Below the pieces are notes generated by a model. It saw only the letters and a list, made by a program, of their open reading frames with translations, was not told where the DNA came from and ran no database searches. Shown piece after piece: positions 45,017-57,900 of a stretch of 64,000 nucleotides of DNA (its first letter is position 1; each line of letters opens with the position of its first letter). The position numbers and the translations under genes were made by a program. Source of the stretch: Alloascoidea hylecoeti (Eukaryota). The stretch is from assembly GCA_001600815.1 (NCBI GenBank), contig BCKZ01000016.1, positions 485,077 through 549,076 on the forward strand, in the 5' to 3' direction.

Positions 45017-47661
45017 CTAATTCCACTCATTTAAGTGGAGTTTTCTTGAATAAATTTCAGAATCGTGTAAGCTCACTATAGAAATCTTACAAACATCTGT
45101 TGGCTCATACCCAACCCATGGGCCATCTAAAAGTTCATTCAGATATGGATAGTCATAAGATAAATTGACTTCTCTGTCCTCATCAATAGTACTTCTTCTG
45201 GTCCTCAGTCTTCGAACTATTTCAACTGGATTTACAGAATTTATAATATTATTACCTCCTATGCTGAGCCTATTTCCAAGTAAAGGGGTTTCGTCATCAA
45301 TAACATTTTCATTATGTGGACTTGAATAATCACGATCATGACTATTTTTGATGGCCCTTAAAGCAATGAAAAACAATAAGGGGGAATAATCCTTTTCAAA
45401 ACTCCATATAAAAGTAGCAGTTAAAAACGGTAAAGGAATCATCATCACGGCACAAGAATATGAGTTTTCTAATGCTAATGTACCAGCCATAAACAGTTGA
45501 AAAAACAAAAGTCCCATACAAACTCTTCTAAGAATAAGAGGCCATACCTGGCCTGTTGAATGTTGAGGATGAACCATAGAATAAACAAGTTGATATTTAT
45601 AAGTGTAAAAACCAAGTATGAAAAACAGCAAACTTGAAAGAACAATTTTTGTTGAAAGGACACTATATACTATTGTAATTACAAGAATAAGAATAGGCTG
45701 AGGTAAAATTAATCCAAAATCAAACACTTTAGTAGTTGTAAAGATATATCGATACTGTCGAGGTGAAGTACAACACCCAGTTATTTTATTCCAAAATAAC
45801 AAGAATATATCACCAAGCTGTAATAATCTAAATGGGAACAAACCTATTCCTTGAAGTAAGATCAAATCAACGTAAAATAATGACATTTGTTGTAATGAGG
45901 TAGCTAATTGTTGTGCAATTTTAGTTGTATCTGATAAATAAGACCAATAATTACCAGCAGTACCAGTAAATGTAAAAACAAGAAACAAATTAAAAAAGAT
46001 ATAAAAAAAGTTTTTACCAACAACAGATAATTCCTGTTCACCATTGGAAATGTATCCTTGAAATCGAGCTAAATAAACGTAAAGATATGGAAGAGCAACA
46101 CTTAATAAGGTGAATAAAAGTGGTGGTAGTAAACCAGTTACAACCATAGTTGCCCATTGTGAGTTTTTAATCATTTCACCCAATGCAGGCCAAAATTTGC
46201 TGATAGTTCGGACATTAAGCAATGTTGCAATAGTAGAAACAGGAAATACTAAAGCAACTGTGGTAATAGTGATGACGAGGGTGACGGCATAACGTTTAAT
46301 GAATTTTTCTTTCGGAGTGAGTAGAATATTATCCCATAAGACGTCATGCGGAGCAGGTGCTAATTTTGCAATCAACTGATGAGCGTGTGGATCTAAAACT
46401 GCCTGGGATGCCATTTGAGCAGAAGCTACCGAATCCATGGTTACGAATGCAACATTGGTAGGCTCAAACTCAGCTTGTCTTGCTTCTTCAATCATTACAT
46501 CTAGGTTTTGTAATCGAGAGGTCAAATGATTAATAGCATCAACCTTGTTTCCAAACATTCCACCATATCCTAGTCTTAGAGTAGGTCTTTTCTTTTGGGT
46601 AACTTTTTGGTGTTGATTCTCCTCATCTGCAATCATATAACTGAAAAGATCTTCAGAGTTAACTTGTGTTTTTGCAGAAATTATACGGAAATGGCCTGCA
46701 CCAGATAGTTTTTCAACTTTAACACCAAAATATTTGGAATAATAATATTCTAATTGAGTTTGAACTTGTTTCCTTTCTGCAAACAATTCTTTAAGTTTTG
46801 TCCAATCTCGACAAATAGTTATTTTGGATACTTTACCAATTTCAAGATTTTCAATATGTTTTCTTAAGTTTTCAACATTTCTTAATTCGGGTGTTATTCC
46901 AGAAATTCTAATTGTTCGGTCAGTGACAGAATTTTGTTGACCTAAATAAGCTTGTCTTACTGCCACTACCCTCTTTGTTTGATCTAAGAGGAAAAAGGCA
47001 GTCAAACCGGAAATCATATAAGTGAATATCAAATATACAATAGATAATATACTATTGTGTTGTAAAGGTGTTGGAGATGGATCAGGGTCCGGATTTTCTT
47101 TAAAATTATCAAGATATTTTGGATATTTAGGGTCATAGTCATAATCACCCGTAAAATGCACGCGCACCGGACTTAGGATCAAAACACAGAATATTGCACA
47201 GACTGTTAATAACTTTATGGTCATTTTGAAAAACCCTAGAAACTGAAAAACTAGAGTTAGGATCAACTGATTGATATTAGATATTTATTAGAGTACGCTG
47301 TGTGCCATACGTACCACAAAAGCATCCAATCCAGCATGTTCAAGGACTTCTTCTTCACTGATTTTGAAAATCACTGGAATCCAGCCAAAGAAGGTCGCGG
47401 GCAACGCTCTAATATCTCCTTTATATTAATTAACGTTAGATTGATTTCAAACGACGGAGAAGCAGGAGACATACCTTTTCTTATCGTTCTAATGGCATAT
47501 ATATGAGGCCACCAATATCTGACAATTGAAAACAGAACGAAGAAACTTATGCCGAGGATTGAAACTAGAATGATCTGTGTTGTCAACAACCTTTGGGGCA
47601 TTCTTCGTGGATCCAGGTCAGGGATCCACGGATCTGTTGGGATTTCGAAGGTTTCTAACAT
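45017..47661 (-). CDS. CSC1: OSCA/TMEM63-family calcium-permeable channel, 3 exons
   Basis: Exons 47661-47475, 47418-47315 and 47242-45017. The spliced frame restores LPATFFGWIP...HAGLDAFVFLGFFKM. APAPHDVLWDNI, KYQLVYSM.HPQHSTG and multiple transmembrane segments. Confidence 0.88.
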
Positions 47662-48075
47662 GGTAACGTTGTGATAGATGAGAAGGGCAGAGATTCGATG
47701 GTTAGGCTCGAGTGTTACCCTGGTTGGAGATCATGCATATATTCTATTACGCAATGTTTACAATTGCAATATATGGTGGATGATTTATTGCATTGCTGTC
47801 ATCTTCACCGACGGAATCGGTCGAGTCGTCCGGTCGCATGTGCTCGGCATACTGGGAGCTCCTTTTTTCTGCCGTTTCCTGCCATTTGCCCCCCGTCTGG
47901 TCGTCGACTTTTTGTTGTTGTTGTACGCTGGTGGGCTTGCACAGTAAATTGCAGCACGGGCTGGCTTTATTTTTTAGTTGTTAGAGTTTAGATTTGAATG
48001 AAAAATTGAAAAGAAAAAAAACTTTAGAGATCTCCAACCTTCTGGAAAGTTAGGGACAATCTTCAACACAAAACT

Positions 48076-50247
48076 ATGGCTGATGCTTACTTGGTTATTC
48101 ACTTCGCCACCTCCTGTGATGAGCATGGGGTATTTGTGTCAAAAGAAGCCGCAGAGGTTACTGAGATCGCGTGGATTCTTATGGACGCAACAACTTTAGA
48201 AGAGCTCTCCTCTGATAGTGTCTCCGTTCGCCCTATTAACACTTCCAACTTATCGACTCTTGCTTGGGAACAGGTGAGAAACGCTGGTGGCCTTAGTGAT
48301 GCTATTAACCGACTAGACCAGTTCATTCACGAAACCATCATTGCTAAAGGGCTGTTGGACTTCACGTTTGTAACCTTGAATGCTTGGGATTTAAGAGTTC
48401 AGCTACCGAGAGAAGCCAGAGACAAAGGTGTTATGTTGCCTACTTATCTATTATATCCGAAAGTCTTCGATCTGAAAATCGAGTTCTCAAAGTGGCAAGC
48501 GCACCATCCAGAGGCCCTGTCGTTTTCTGCTACAAATCTTATGAGCATTTGTAATGCATTAGAAGTGGAGGTACCTCAAAATTCTGCCCCTATTCGCACT
48601 AATGTCCCTCCTTACATACAAGCACCTAGTACAAGAAGGGCAATGGAAGAATCCAATATACTCTCTCGTGTCTTAAAGGCTTTGGCTGCTAGAAGTTTGT
48701 CTACGGAAGAGCATCGCGATGTGTTAGTTAAACCTTTGGATGCACGAGCTGATGTTGCTGCATTTTTAACTGAACGTTCGAAAATTTTATATATGTCAAA
48801 TCTACCTTATGATACTACTCAAAGTGAATTAGAGAGTTGGTTCACCCAATACGGAGGAAGGCCTATTGCCTTTTGGACTTTAAAAACTCCTGATCCACAA
48901 AAGCCTACTGGGACTGGTTTTGCAGTTTTCTCCTCTCATGAAGAAGCTACAGACAGTTTAGCTATGAATGGAAGAAGTCTGAACGAAAAAACCATTGAAG
49001 TATCTCCATCAAGCAGCCGTGTCTTGGATAGAGCACAGGAAATATTGACACCTTTCCCTCCTAGTAAAAATAGACCTCGTCCTGGTGATTGGACATGCCC
49101 TTCATGTGGATTTTCAAATTTTCAAAGACGAACTGCCTGCTTTAGATGCTCATTTCCGGCTAGTCAAGCCGCTGTCCTTCAAGAATCCTTGTATAATAAT
49201 TATGGTGGTAAACACGCTAATAATAATTCTAATAATATTCATAATAATGGTCATGGCTATCATCAACAAGGATTACAACAACACGGTGGAAATCTTCCTT
49301 ACAGTGGGCATAATAACAATAGTAGTAGTAATAGCGTCATGGGTTCCAATGGTGGAAATAATTACTCAGGTTCAGGTCGTGGCGCAAGTTCTGTGCCTTT
49401 TAGAGCAGGAGACTGGAAATGTGCAGTAGAATCATGCTCTTATCATAATTTTGCTAAAAATATTTCTTGTTTAAGATGCGGGGCACCTCGTTCTTTGGCA
49501 ACTGGAAATAATGGTAACAATCATAAAGGACATCATGACGGTAGTAATAATAGCGTTAATAATTTTCATTATGGTACTCATAGTATGAAAAATTCAAAAG
49601 ATCATTTGAATCACATCAATAATGTTAATAATGGTAGCGTTAATAGTATTCAATCAAATCCTAGTATTCAAAGTTTAAATGATCCAAGTGGCCAATTTCA
49701 CCAATTCCAGAATGCTCAACCTTATAATTCAAATCCTCACTCTCAACAGTATAATAATAATAATTTGCAAAACTTTGGTTTATATATGCCTTTGGAACAA
49801 CAGCTTCGATCTCATGGACAGACCTTACCTCAAACACAACCTATGCATTTACCACAACAATTAACACAATTAAATAATCAACAATTCATTGAACAAGATG
49901 GAAGCTCAGCTCAATTACAGCGTGAGTCTCAAAACTTTTATGATGGGTCTATTAGATCACAGTTTCCAAAGCTTCAGCAATCTAGATCACAATCCCAAAC
50001 CCACACTCCTTTACTTAACATGAGTAGTGGTGATGATATCAATCATCTCGCTAATGATGTTAGCAATCTATCTCTAAATATGAATAGAAGGCTTGATATT
50101 AATAATCCTGGGAGAAAAGATGATTCTAATGATTCAAATCAATCTAATTCTAAGAATTCATCTCTTGATTCTGTGAAACTTACTAATAGTCAACAATCAC
50201 TTGTTGGAACAAGTGAGAATATAAGAGAGAACTTAATTAAAGCTTAA
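48076..50247 (+). CDS. NRP1: Asn-rich RNA-binding protein with an RRM and two RanBP2 zinc fingers (Nrp1/Dri1)
   Basis: RRM LYMSNLPYDTTQSELESWF, zinc fingers RPGDWTCPSCGFSNFQRRTACFRC and RAGDWKC..CSYHNFAKNISCLRC, and an N/Q-rich tail. Confidence 0.92.
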   Translation: MADAYLVIHFATSCDEHGVFVSKEAAEVTEIAWILMDATTLEELSSDSVSVRPINTSNLSTLAWEQVRNAGGLSDAINRLDQFIHETIIAKGLLDFTFVTLNAWDLRVQLPREARDKGVMLPTYLLYPKVFDLKIEFSKWQAHHPEALSFSATNLMSICNALEVEVPQNSAPIRTNVPPYIQAPSTRRAMEESNILSRVLKALAARSLSTEEHRDVLVKPLDARADVAAFLTERSKILYMSNLPYDTTQSELESWFTQYGGRPIAFWTLKTPDPQKPTGTGFAVFSSHEEATDSLAMNGRSLNEKTIEVSPSSSRVLDRAQEILTPFPPSKNRPRPGDWTCPSCGFSNFQRRTACFRCSFPASQAAVLQESLYNNYGGKHANNNSNNIHNNGHGYHQQGLQQHGGNLPYSGHNNNSSSNSVMGSNGGNNYSGSGRGASSVPFRAGDWKCAVESCSYHNFAKNISCLRCGAPRSLATGNNGNNHKGHHDGSNNSVNNFHYGTHSMKNSKDHLNHINNVNNGSVNSIQSNPSIQSLNDPSGQFHQFQNAQPYNSNPHSQQYNNNNLQNFGLYMPLEQQLRSHGQTLPQTQPMHLPQQLTQLNNQQFIEQDGSSAQLQRESQNFYDGSIRSQFPKLQQSRSQSQTHTPLLNMSSGDDINHLANDVSNLSLNMNRRLDINNPGRKDDSNDSNQSNSKNSSLDSVKLTNSQQSLVGTSENIRENLIKA

Positions 50248-52695
50248 ATTATCGTTTGTTATATTTTAGGGTATTTTAACCAATTAAAAAGTTCTCAAAT
50301 GTCTTTTTTATTTTATTTGCTTATCTGTTTGGTTAATTTTTTGTTATTTGTTCAAATTATTTTCTTAGTTGATCTTTCTACAAAAGAAACAAAAAAAAAA
50401 AAAAAAAAATTGATTCCTGAGGAATTTCTTTAAAAGAAGGAAAATTAATTATGGTGCTATTATGCTATCATAGGTGTTGTAAACATATGATCTAATATTT
50501 TGGGTATGGTTATTCTATTAAATAAATTTAAAAAATGAGGGTCTACTTAATCAAATTTATCTCTTTTTGGAAAAACTTTTTGCTATTATTTATTGTGTTT
50601 TCTTAATCTCTCCCTTATTGTTTCCATATTTTTCTTTTTCTTTTTCTTTTTAAGTTTTTATGCCATTTATATTGTACCCTCATATGGTTTCTTTTGCATC
50701 CATTTTAACAAAGATTTACTGTTTTATTATTTGTTTGTAATTGGTCTGGACAAGAGTGACTCATTTATACAGAAAGATCTTATTCGTTGATGTGTTTAGT
50801 TGTTATGTCTTGCAATTGGTATTAGTTGATAAAAAAGAAAATAAGATGTATATATTTTAGTTTTATCGGTTTAAATTTGTTTGGTTATAAATAGTTACAA
50901 TATATTTGTTTCAATATTAGTTAACTATAAATCTAAATACATACTATAATTGTAGTAATAATTTATATGCTTAACGTTTATGGCATTTTCAATTAGTATC
51001 TTGACAATTTTGTAGCGTCTTTAAGCCGCAGAATGGGTAATACTGGTATACGATTGCAATAGTCACAAAACGAAGTCGTCACATCAAAGTAATAAAACTC
51101 AAAGGAAGTTTAACGTATGTCCACTATCAAACTGCCCACTGATATGTAGCATATTTTAATAACACATAAATAAAAATTGAAATCAACTATATCTCGATTC
51201 CAATAAATTTATAAATAAGTAACAAATAAGTGTATAATATTATATAATTTATAGTTTCAGATGTCGACCATGCCAATTGGTGGCCAAGTGTAATTTTGAT
51301 ATCTTGTTTACAATTGCATAGGGTTATGCATCTGCATAACTATGTATAATTATATGTCATATGGGTTAAATGGAAGATTGTCCAATATTTCATCAACATA
51401 CATAAATCAATTACCATATAATATATATAACGCATAATACTATATATATCTCACAAAATTCCCTATCGAATTCAAACACTTTATCCCCATAATCAATCTT
51501 ATTAGTATTGGTCACTTCTTATCATGATCATTTGTGTAAAAGGTATTTTCTAGTCATTAAGTTACACCTTCTAGTATTAGGCTTCTACTCTTTGTTTGGT
51601 TCATTCATGACACGAGAATGATTAACATGCCACATAGTATTTTTACATTTATTTATAAATATTGATAAATGTTTAATAATCTTATATATAAATATATGTT
51701 AATAAATTATTATTTTTCGCTGGTATGTGTATAGTAGAATGGGCAATCTATCTGTAATCAAGCGCTATAAGTTATAATTAGCTTTTACTAATATTTATGA
51801 AGTAGCAAAAACAAATTTGCTCCTATTAGTCTCTGTGACAGATTTAATAACTGTCATTTGTCGGTTTATAATATTGGTGTGCCTTAAGTTAATAATTAAG
51901 CCTCTGTTGCGTTTAAAATATTGCATGATCAAGTAACAATAGAAAGTAGAAATCTGGATATTTATAATCAATTAATTAATTTATTGCGATTGTATGGAAA
52001 GCGATTTGGAAAAAGAGGTATGTGCGTTGGATCTATTCTTTCGCCGCGTTACTGCTTATTATACGTGGTCAATGGTGGCAGCGAAAACCTGTCTCCACAC
52101 TATATGGCCAGTGCTAAGATATCATGTATGATCATGACAATGACAATGGCGATGACGATGATATATATATAAGCTTATAGGAAAATGAATACTATTAAAT
52201 AGTATTAATATACCGATTTAGAACAAGTATGCTGTCTACCCGTCTGCCCTGCATAGGATCATATCAATTACTGACATGTTCTATTGTCATAGACAGCCAC
52301 CGAAACCACACATTTTCAATTTGCCAACAGAACCAAAATAATATTTTGATGGTACATTTATGTTCGGGTTTATAATTAAAAATAAAACCGATGAGATATT
52401 AATTACTTAAAAAGACTAATGCTAATAATATTAATGTCTGAATACTGATTACCATTCATCTGAATTTGTAACTGACATTTCCTATTTTATCTTAATTTCC
52501 TAAAAGATGAAGAAAATCGAATGAGTAAAGTTGAATGAATATAACCTGAATTCAGCATCATCAGCACCCGTTGTATTAGCAAGATTTACTCGAAATTATT
52601 GAGTTTTTTCATACTTATGGTCATTTTCTCTAGGGTTTATGATCAATAACGTTAACGAATCACATAATTGACTCTTTAAAAAACTTATTAGTGAA

Positions 52696-52755
52696 TTTGC
52701 CACCAGAGTACAAAATTCATCTTTTTATTTATAATCTAAGATAGAAATATATAAA
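52696..52755 (+). promoter_or_regulatory. PACE-like element and TATA box upstream of the 52846 gene
   Basis: TTTGCCACC (reverse complement GGTGGCAAA, the Rpn4 PACE consensus) at 52696-52704, and TATATAAA at 52748-52755. Confidence 0.55.
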
Positions 52756-52845
52756 GACTAGCTTTTTCTGCTAATTTCCATTATCATAATTCTTTTATAA
52801 TTTCTTACAATCACAACTACCAATACTAACTAAAACTATTTAAAA

Positions 52846-53271
52846 ATGGCCGTTCAATTTAATCTTTCTCCAACTACTCATAAAGTTGATAATAGAGGTC
52901 AATCGTCCAAGCCGGAAGTCTTAAACATTTTCACCATCGACATTGATCGTGAAAGAGGTTACTATAAAACTAAGGTTGCTATCCCATTTACTTTTGTTGA
53001 TAATATCGAGCTATACTGCTATGAAGAAAAGCAATTAGTATTGGTCGAAGCAAGAATTACTGAAGTGGTTGGAGACTACCATCCAGTCAAAAGGAATATC
53101 AAACACCTATATGTTATCCAGCTTCCACAAGAACTTGAATGGAAGCAAACCTCCAACAGACCAGTATCTTTTGAATTTAATAACGGGTTCTTGTCAATAA
53201 ACTTTCCAATCGCAAAATATCATAGCACAATACATGCCATGCCAGGTCATTACACTAGCGTATACTTATAA
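52846..53271 (+). CDS. Divergent small heat-shock / alpha-crystallin-like protein (141 aa)
   Basis: Strong AAAAATG context and an upstream TATA. Pattern IDID...YKTKVAIP...NIELY...LVLVEA...IQLPQEL...FEFNNGFLSINFP resembles the Hsp20 beta-sandwich (LP...NGvLtI.lP). Confidence 0.6.
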   Translation: MAVQFNLSPTTHKVDNRGQSSKPEVLNIFTIDIDRERGYYKTKVAIPFTFVDNIELYCYEEKQLVLVEARITEVVGDYHPVKRNIKHLYVIQLPQELEWKQTSNRPVSFEFNNGFLSINFPIAKYHSTIHAMPGHYTSVYL

Positions 53272-53994
53272 GCATGACTTTGACGGTTTATTTTAATTTC
53301 ATTTTGATTTCATTTTGATTTTCTTCCTGTTGAAACTGCAGTTGATTTACTGGGTAATATATATATAACATTTATCTTATTGTAACCTTTAATTTGCATT
53401 TATATATACATAGTTAGTTGACTTTATAGTAATACATTCGGGCCAAGCATTTTCAGACACCCTCCAAAATACCATCATATTCTTAAAATGTACATCTCCA
53501 TCAGAAATTTCATGCCTAGAAATCTGGTGTCATAGGACCATATGGTATGTGTTGAAACCAAGAACCGACCTCCAAAAACGTTATCGCTTAATTCAAGAAA
53601 AAGGTATAAGGTTTATATCTTTTCAATCCAGAAGAAGTCTCGTAATAGTAATTATAAGCAGTGGGTGAAAAGAGCCCTATTCAGAGAGAAAATTATAAAG
53701 TGTTTTATACCTTTGTTACATGTATATTCAAGATAATGTAAGCCAGGAAAGATATAAGTTATTGTTGAATTGTTATAATTACAACGTCTGATTCTCAAAC
53801 TTGGGTCTAATAGAGCTAGCACCAATAACATGAAATCAGTAAAATGCCGATAGGGCTACTTCGCTTGAATTTCATTAGAATGAAGTAACTTTTCCTACCT
53901 GTAATTATAAGAAGACGGATTGTGTGTCTGGATGTTCAACTAATTTCATACAACTTACAATACACACAAAAAATATACCACATAACTAACCATC

Positions 53995-54845
53995 ATGGTA
54001 TCGACCCCCAAAAAAGCAGTATCATGGGTTGATGATGGCTCAAATGCAGAGTATGCTACTGAAAATACAGAGAGAGTTTCTCCCATCCCTATACCATTCA
54101 GTGTGCCCTCTTCACTACAACTTATACACTCACTGTTGATTTTGGCGATACCAATATTAATGTTCCAATTTGGACTCACGAAAACCGAGCAAATCACAAA
54201 CATTCTAGGTAAGAGTGTTCTGGGTCTGGTGTTTGTGCAGCTCACATACTGTTTGGGTATTGGCGCACTGGGGGATAGTACGGTCAGTAGTGGGCAAAAT
54301 AAGAAGACAACTGGCATTGCCAAAGGTTTGAGGAAGAAAAGTAAAAGAAAGGAAAAGATAGAGCTTTTAGTGAGTATATCAGTCTCAATTTTAATAATAT
54401 TCTTTCTTATGTTAACAATATTTTTTAGCCCATCCTATTCGTATTATTACCATCGGCCTTATCCTCGGTACCTATTTATTTCCTTTTAATTCTCTTCGGT
54501 GCCCCGTTTATTTCATTATTCCCTCACACAGCTCTGTTAGCTCTACATATATCTCTGATGTCACTGACTCCGCTGTTTTTTGTTTATAAGTTTAATCCTC
54601 TGGCATGGTATCATATTATTACATTTCGTCTGAATTTTATAGATCACCCAACTTGGGCCAAAGCGCTTGGTACGTGGATCGGCGCCTGGTTAGGTGTTAT
54701 GCCAATACCTCTAGATTGGGACAGAGACTGGCAACAGTGGCCTATTACGGTTCTTGTTGGGGCTTATTTAGGATGTTCTGTTGCTACTATCATCCAGATT
54801 GTAGCTCAAAAGGTAAGACATTTAGCAAAAAATAAAGCAGAGTAA
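53995..54845 (+). CDS. GPI11: GPI-anchor biosynthesis protein (PIG-F), 2 exons
   Basis: Exon 1 53995-54369, intron 54370-54428 (GTGAGT..TAG), exon 2 54429-54845. Motifs LILFGAP and GAWLGVMPIPLDWDRDWQQWP. Confidence 0.93.
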
Positions 54846-54996
54846 CTGCAAATTGCAAATAGCCATCTCAAAATATGAAATTTCACTTATTCTTTTATTA
54901 TATTTTTTATTTCATTATAATTACAATTATTAAATGCAGGAGTAGATTTATATAAATCTATGGATAAGTTGACAATATAAGGCACAAAAGTACTTT

Positions 54997-57900
54997 TTAG
55001 AAATTTTTCGTTATGTTCTCAAGATTGATTAGATCTTTCCATAATGCACCTGTTGATCCAGATCCAATCTTCAATGATAATGCTCTTCTTCTGTCAATAC
55101 TTAGTCCAGTGTAACCCAATATTAAATTTGAATCCAGTATTGGACGGGATAATAACATGTTTGTGGTTATAACCTGGTGATTATTTCTGAACTCACTTGG
55201 GTTTAAGCCAGCATAATGTGTTTCTTTCTCAATTAACTGTTGCTGAATGACGTATAATCTTCTATAGGTTGATTCTGAAACTGGTGTTATATAGAATAAT
55301 GAGCCATCAGATCTAACACCAATATTTGATAGTTCGGGATACTCTGGTGAACACATTTCGTTATGAGGTACGAAACTTTTTAAGCACTGAGTCCTGCCGC
55401 CAAGATGAAACTCACTTTTTCGTATTAATAATTGCCCTGATAGGGATGAGGGATCATCCGGGTCATATCGTAAGACATGAAGTGTGGTATCGTCTGCAAC
55501 TAAGAAATATATGTTTTGCTCTGACACCAAGAAGTCTGCACATGAAACCTCTAGTTGCTTCGAATCTTTCCCCAGTGTTAACATCCTATATGGTTCAGCC
55601 TATAAACAGAAGTTAGTAAAAGTATAGTTATTTTCAAAAAGAATTATATCGTTAAAACTTACATCAAATCCAACGAACACAACACTGTTCATAGCATCAC
55701 CTAACAATAATAAATTCCCTAAATTTTTGGACTCAGATATGTAAACAGCCATATCAACGAAGGCGACGGGTGACATTGAATTGTCATCTTGTAAATCACG
55801 AATTAGAATTTTTTGCCCTTGTGCACATAGTAATCTCCCACCAACTTCACAAATTGTTGAAACGGCACCTTTTACATCCTCCTTAACAACAAGTTTAAAC
55901 TTCCTATTCGTCTCTGGTTTTCCTGGCTCGGGAACAACCGAAATTATTTGGTATATCATCAATGATCCTAATGTTGCTAGATCTTCAACTCTATATTTGC
56001 CGGTGCCAATCGCCAGGAACCGTTTGGTTTGCCGTTGTTTTGATAAAACCTTTAAGTCTACCATTTTCAAGGAAAGGGCAATCTGATTCTCTTCTAGTGG
56101 AATCTCATCTATTACTTTCCAGTTAATAGGTGATATTAATTTGATATATCCCTGGAATGTTTCCGCAGATGGTAAATCGTCGTCAGTTCCGGTCAAAGGC
56201 TCACCTTCCTCGGAGACTGCGTGATATGGTACTCTTTTCAAAGTAGAAGCAACATATACATCACTCACTTCATCATAGACAATACATCGGATTGTTTCAC
56301 CAATAAATATCTGTCTGGTAGGCCATCTTCCTTCATAATTAAAATTATTAGATAGTGTTCCAACTCTGCCTACTTTCTTATGATCGATTGATATGAATCC
56401 ATTGAAGACAGACTTAGTATTAAAGGAGCTTAAATCCATTACTGGAGTTTTAGAAAAACGATGAATACGAACTGGGCCTTGATATGCTTTCATTATAATA
56501 TATGGTGTGATGCCTGTAATAAAAACTGCAGAATAGCCCGAAATATTACCTATAGAAATCAATCTTCTTTTGATTTGTGTTCCTTTAGGATATGCTTTTT
56601 CAGCGGCCCCTGTTATAGCCAAATCTTTTTCCTTTAGGAAACGTGAATTACCATTACACTGGAACAGTCGATAGATATATGTTTCACCACCGTTTGTGAT
56701 AATTGTAAGATATTCCTGTTTGTTAATTGAGTCACCAATACTTGTGATGATCAAATCACTGATGAATGAATCGAAGGTTTGTTGGGAAGATATTGTAGAT
56801 CCCTTATTTAGTAGGTTAGTTTCATTCCATTCTTTGAAAATTAACAAGTTCTCTAGTTTAGAGGCTCCCGAAAGTTCAAAAATATCTTCTGGTGAAGACA
56901 TTTTGAACATCAATATTTGATTATCTTTTGTAGCGAGTAACAAAATTGGAGTGACATTGGTTTCGGAGTTGTTAATCACCGTAAGATTATCACGATCTCG
57001 TTTGATATCAGTTTTATCATTTTCCTGTGGAAATTTCAAAGAACTATTCCTATTCACCATCACAACTCTCACCAAATTTACGCTTTGCAATCTGCTTGGC
57101 ATTCGGAATGGTTTAATGCTTGGTTTGCCTGATTGTTCTTTAATACCAATTTCATACACATGAAGAGAACCTTTTTGTGTAACAACAACCACATAAGGAT
57201 CATTTATAAATGTGCTCTTGATAGCATTTTCTTTTCCTTCCGGCATAGTCAGACCTTGGACTTTTCGTAACGTACTGTTGTAGAGGGAAATTCTATTTTC
57301 TGTTATCTGAACAGAAAATTGACCACCTAATATTGAACCAAGATCAAGTGTTGCAGAATCTGTGTGAAACTTTGAATTTTCTTGTTTTTCAAAAATATGA
57401 CCAATTTTATAGACCGAAGTGTTTGCAGATTTAATAGAACTCGTTACAAGATACTCATCCATCACATTGGTTTCATCACTACCTAAATTACTAAATGATA
57501 AGGCCCATAGTCTATCTGTGTTTGGGAGATTGAGTGCACTAACAATTTCAGGCATGACATGTTGATTGAACACAGTAAGTGAGCCTGTTGAATCGTATCC
57601 TGAAGTCGCGACAATCTCTAATGTATTGGCGCTTGGATTAGGAAAACCGTTAATAATGGGCGGCTCCCGAGATTTAGCAAAAGTAAAATCAGACATAGGA
57701 CCAGCGTTTGTCAAAGAATCTTCCATTTCAATTATAATTGGAGCCTTCGAATAATTTTTACTATTGCCATCCTTCGGATTTGAAATTACAAAGGTCGATG
57801 GACCTTCGTTGTATAAATCATCCAACTCGTCGAAATCGTTTTGACGGTCGGTTTCTGGAACTTCCTGTTTTTCTTCGTCTTCACTTATCTTTTCTCCCCT

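Noticed and set aside
47671..47991. Three overlapping short ORFs between CSC1 and NRP1
   Set aside because: By-product of a GC-rich divergent promoter containing CGG triplets; no protein-like features.
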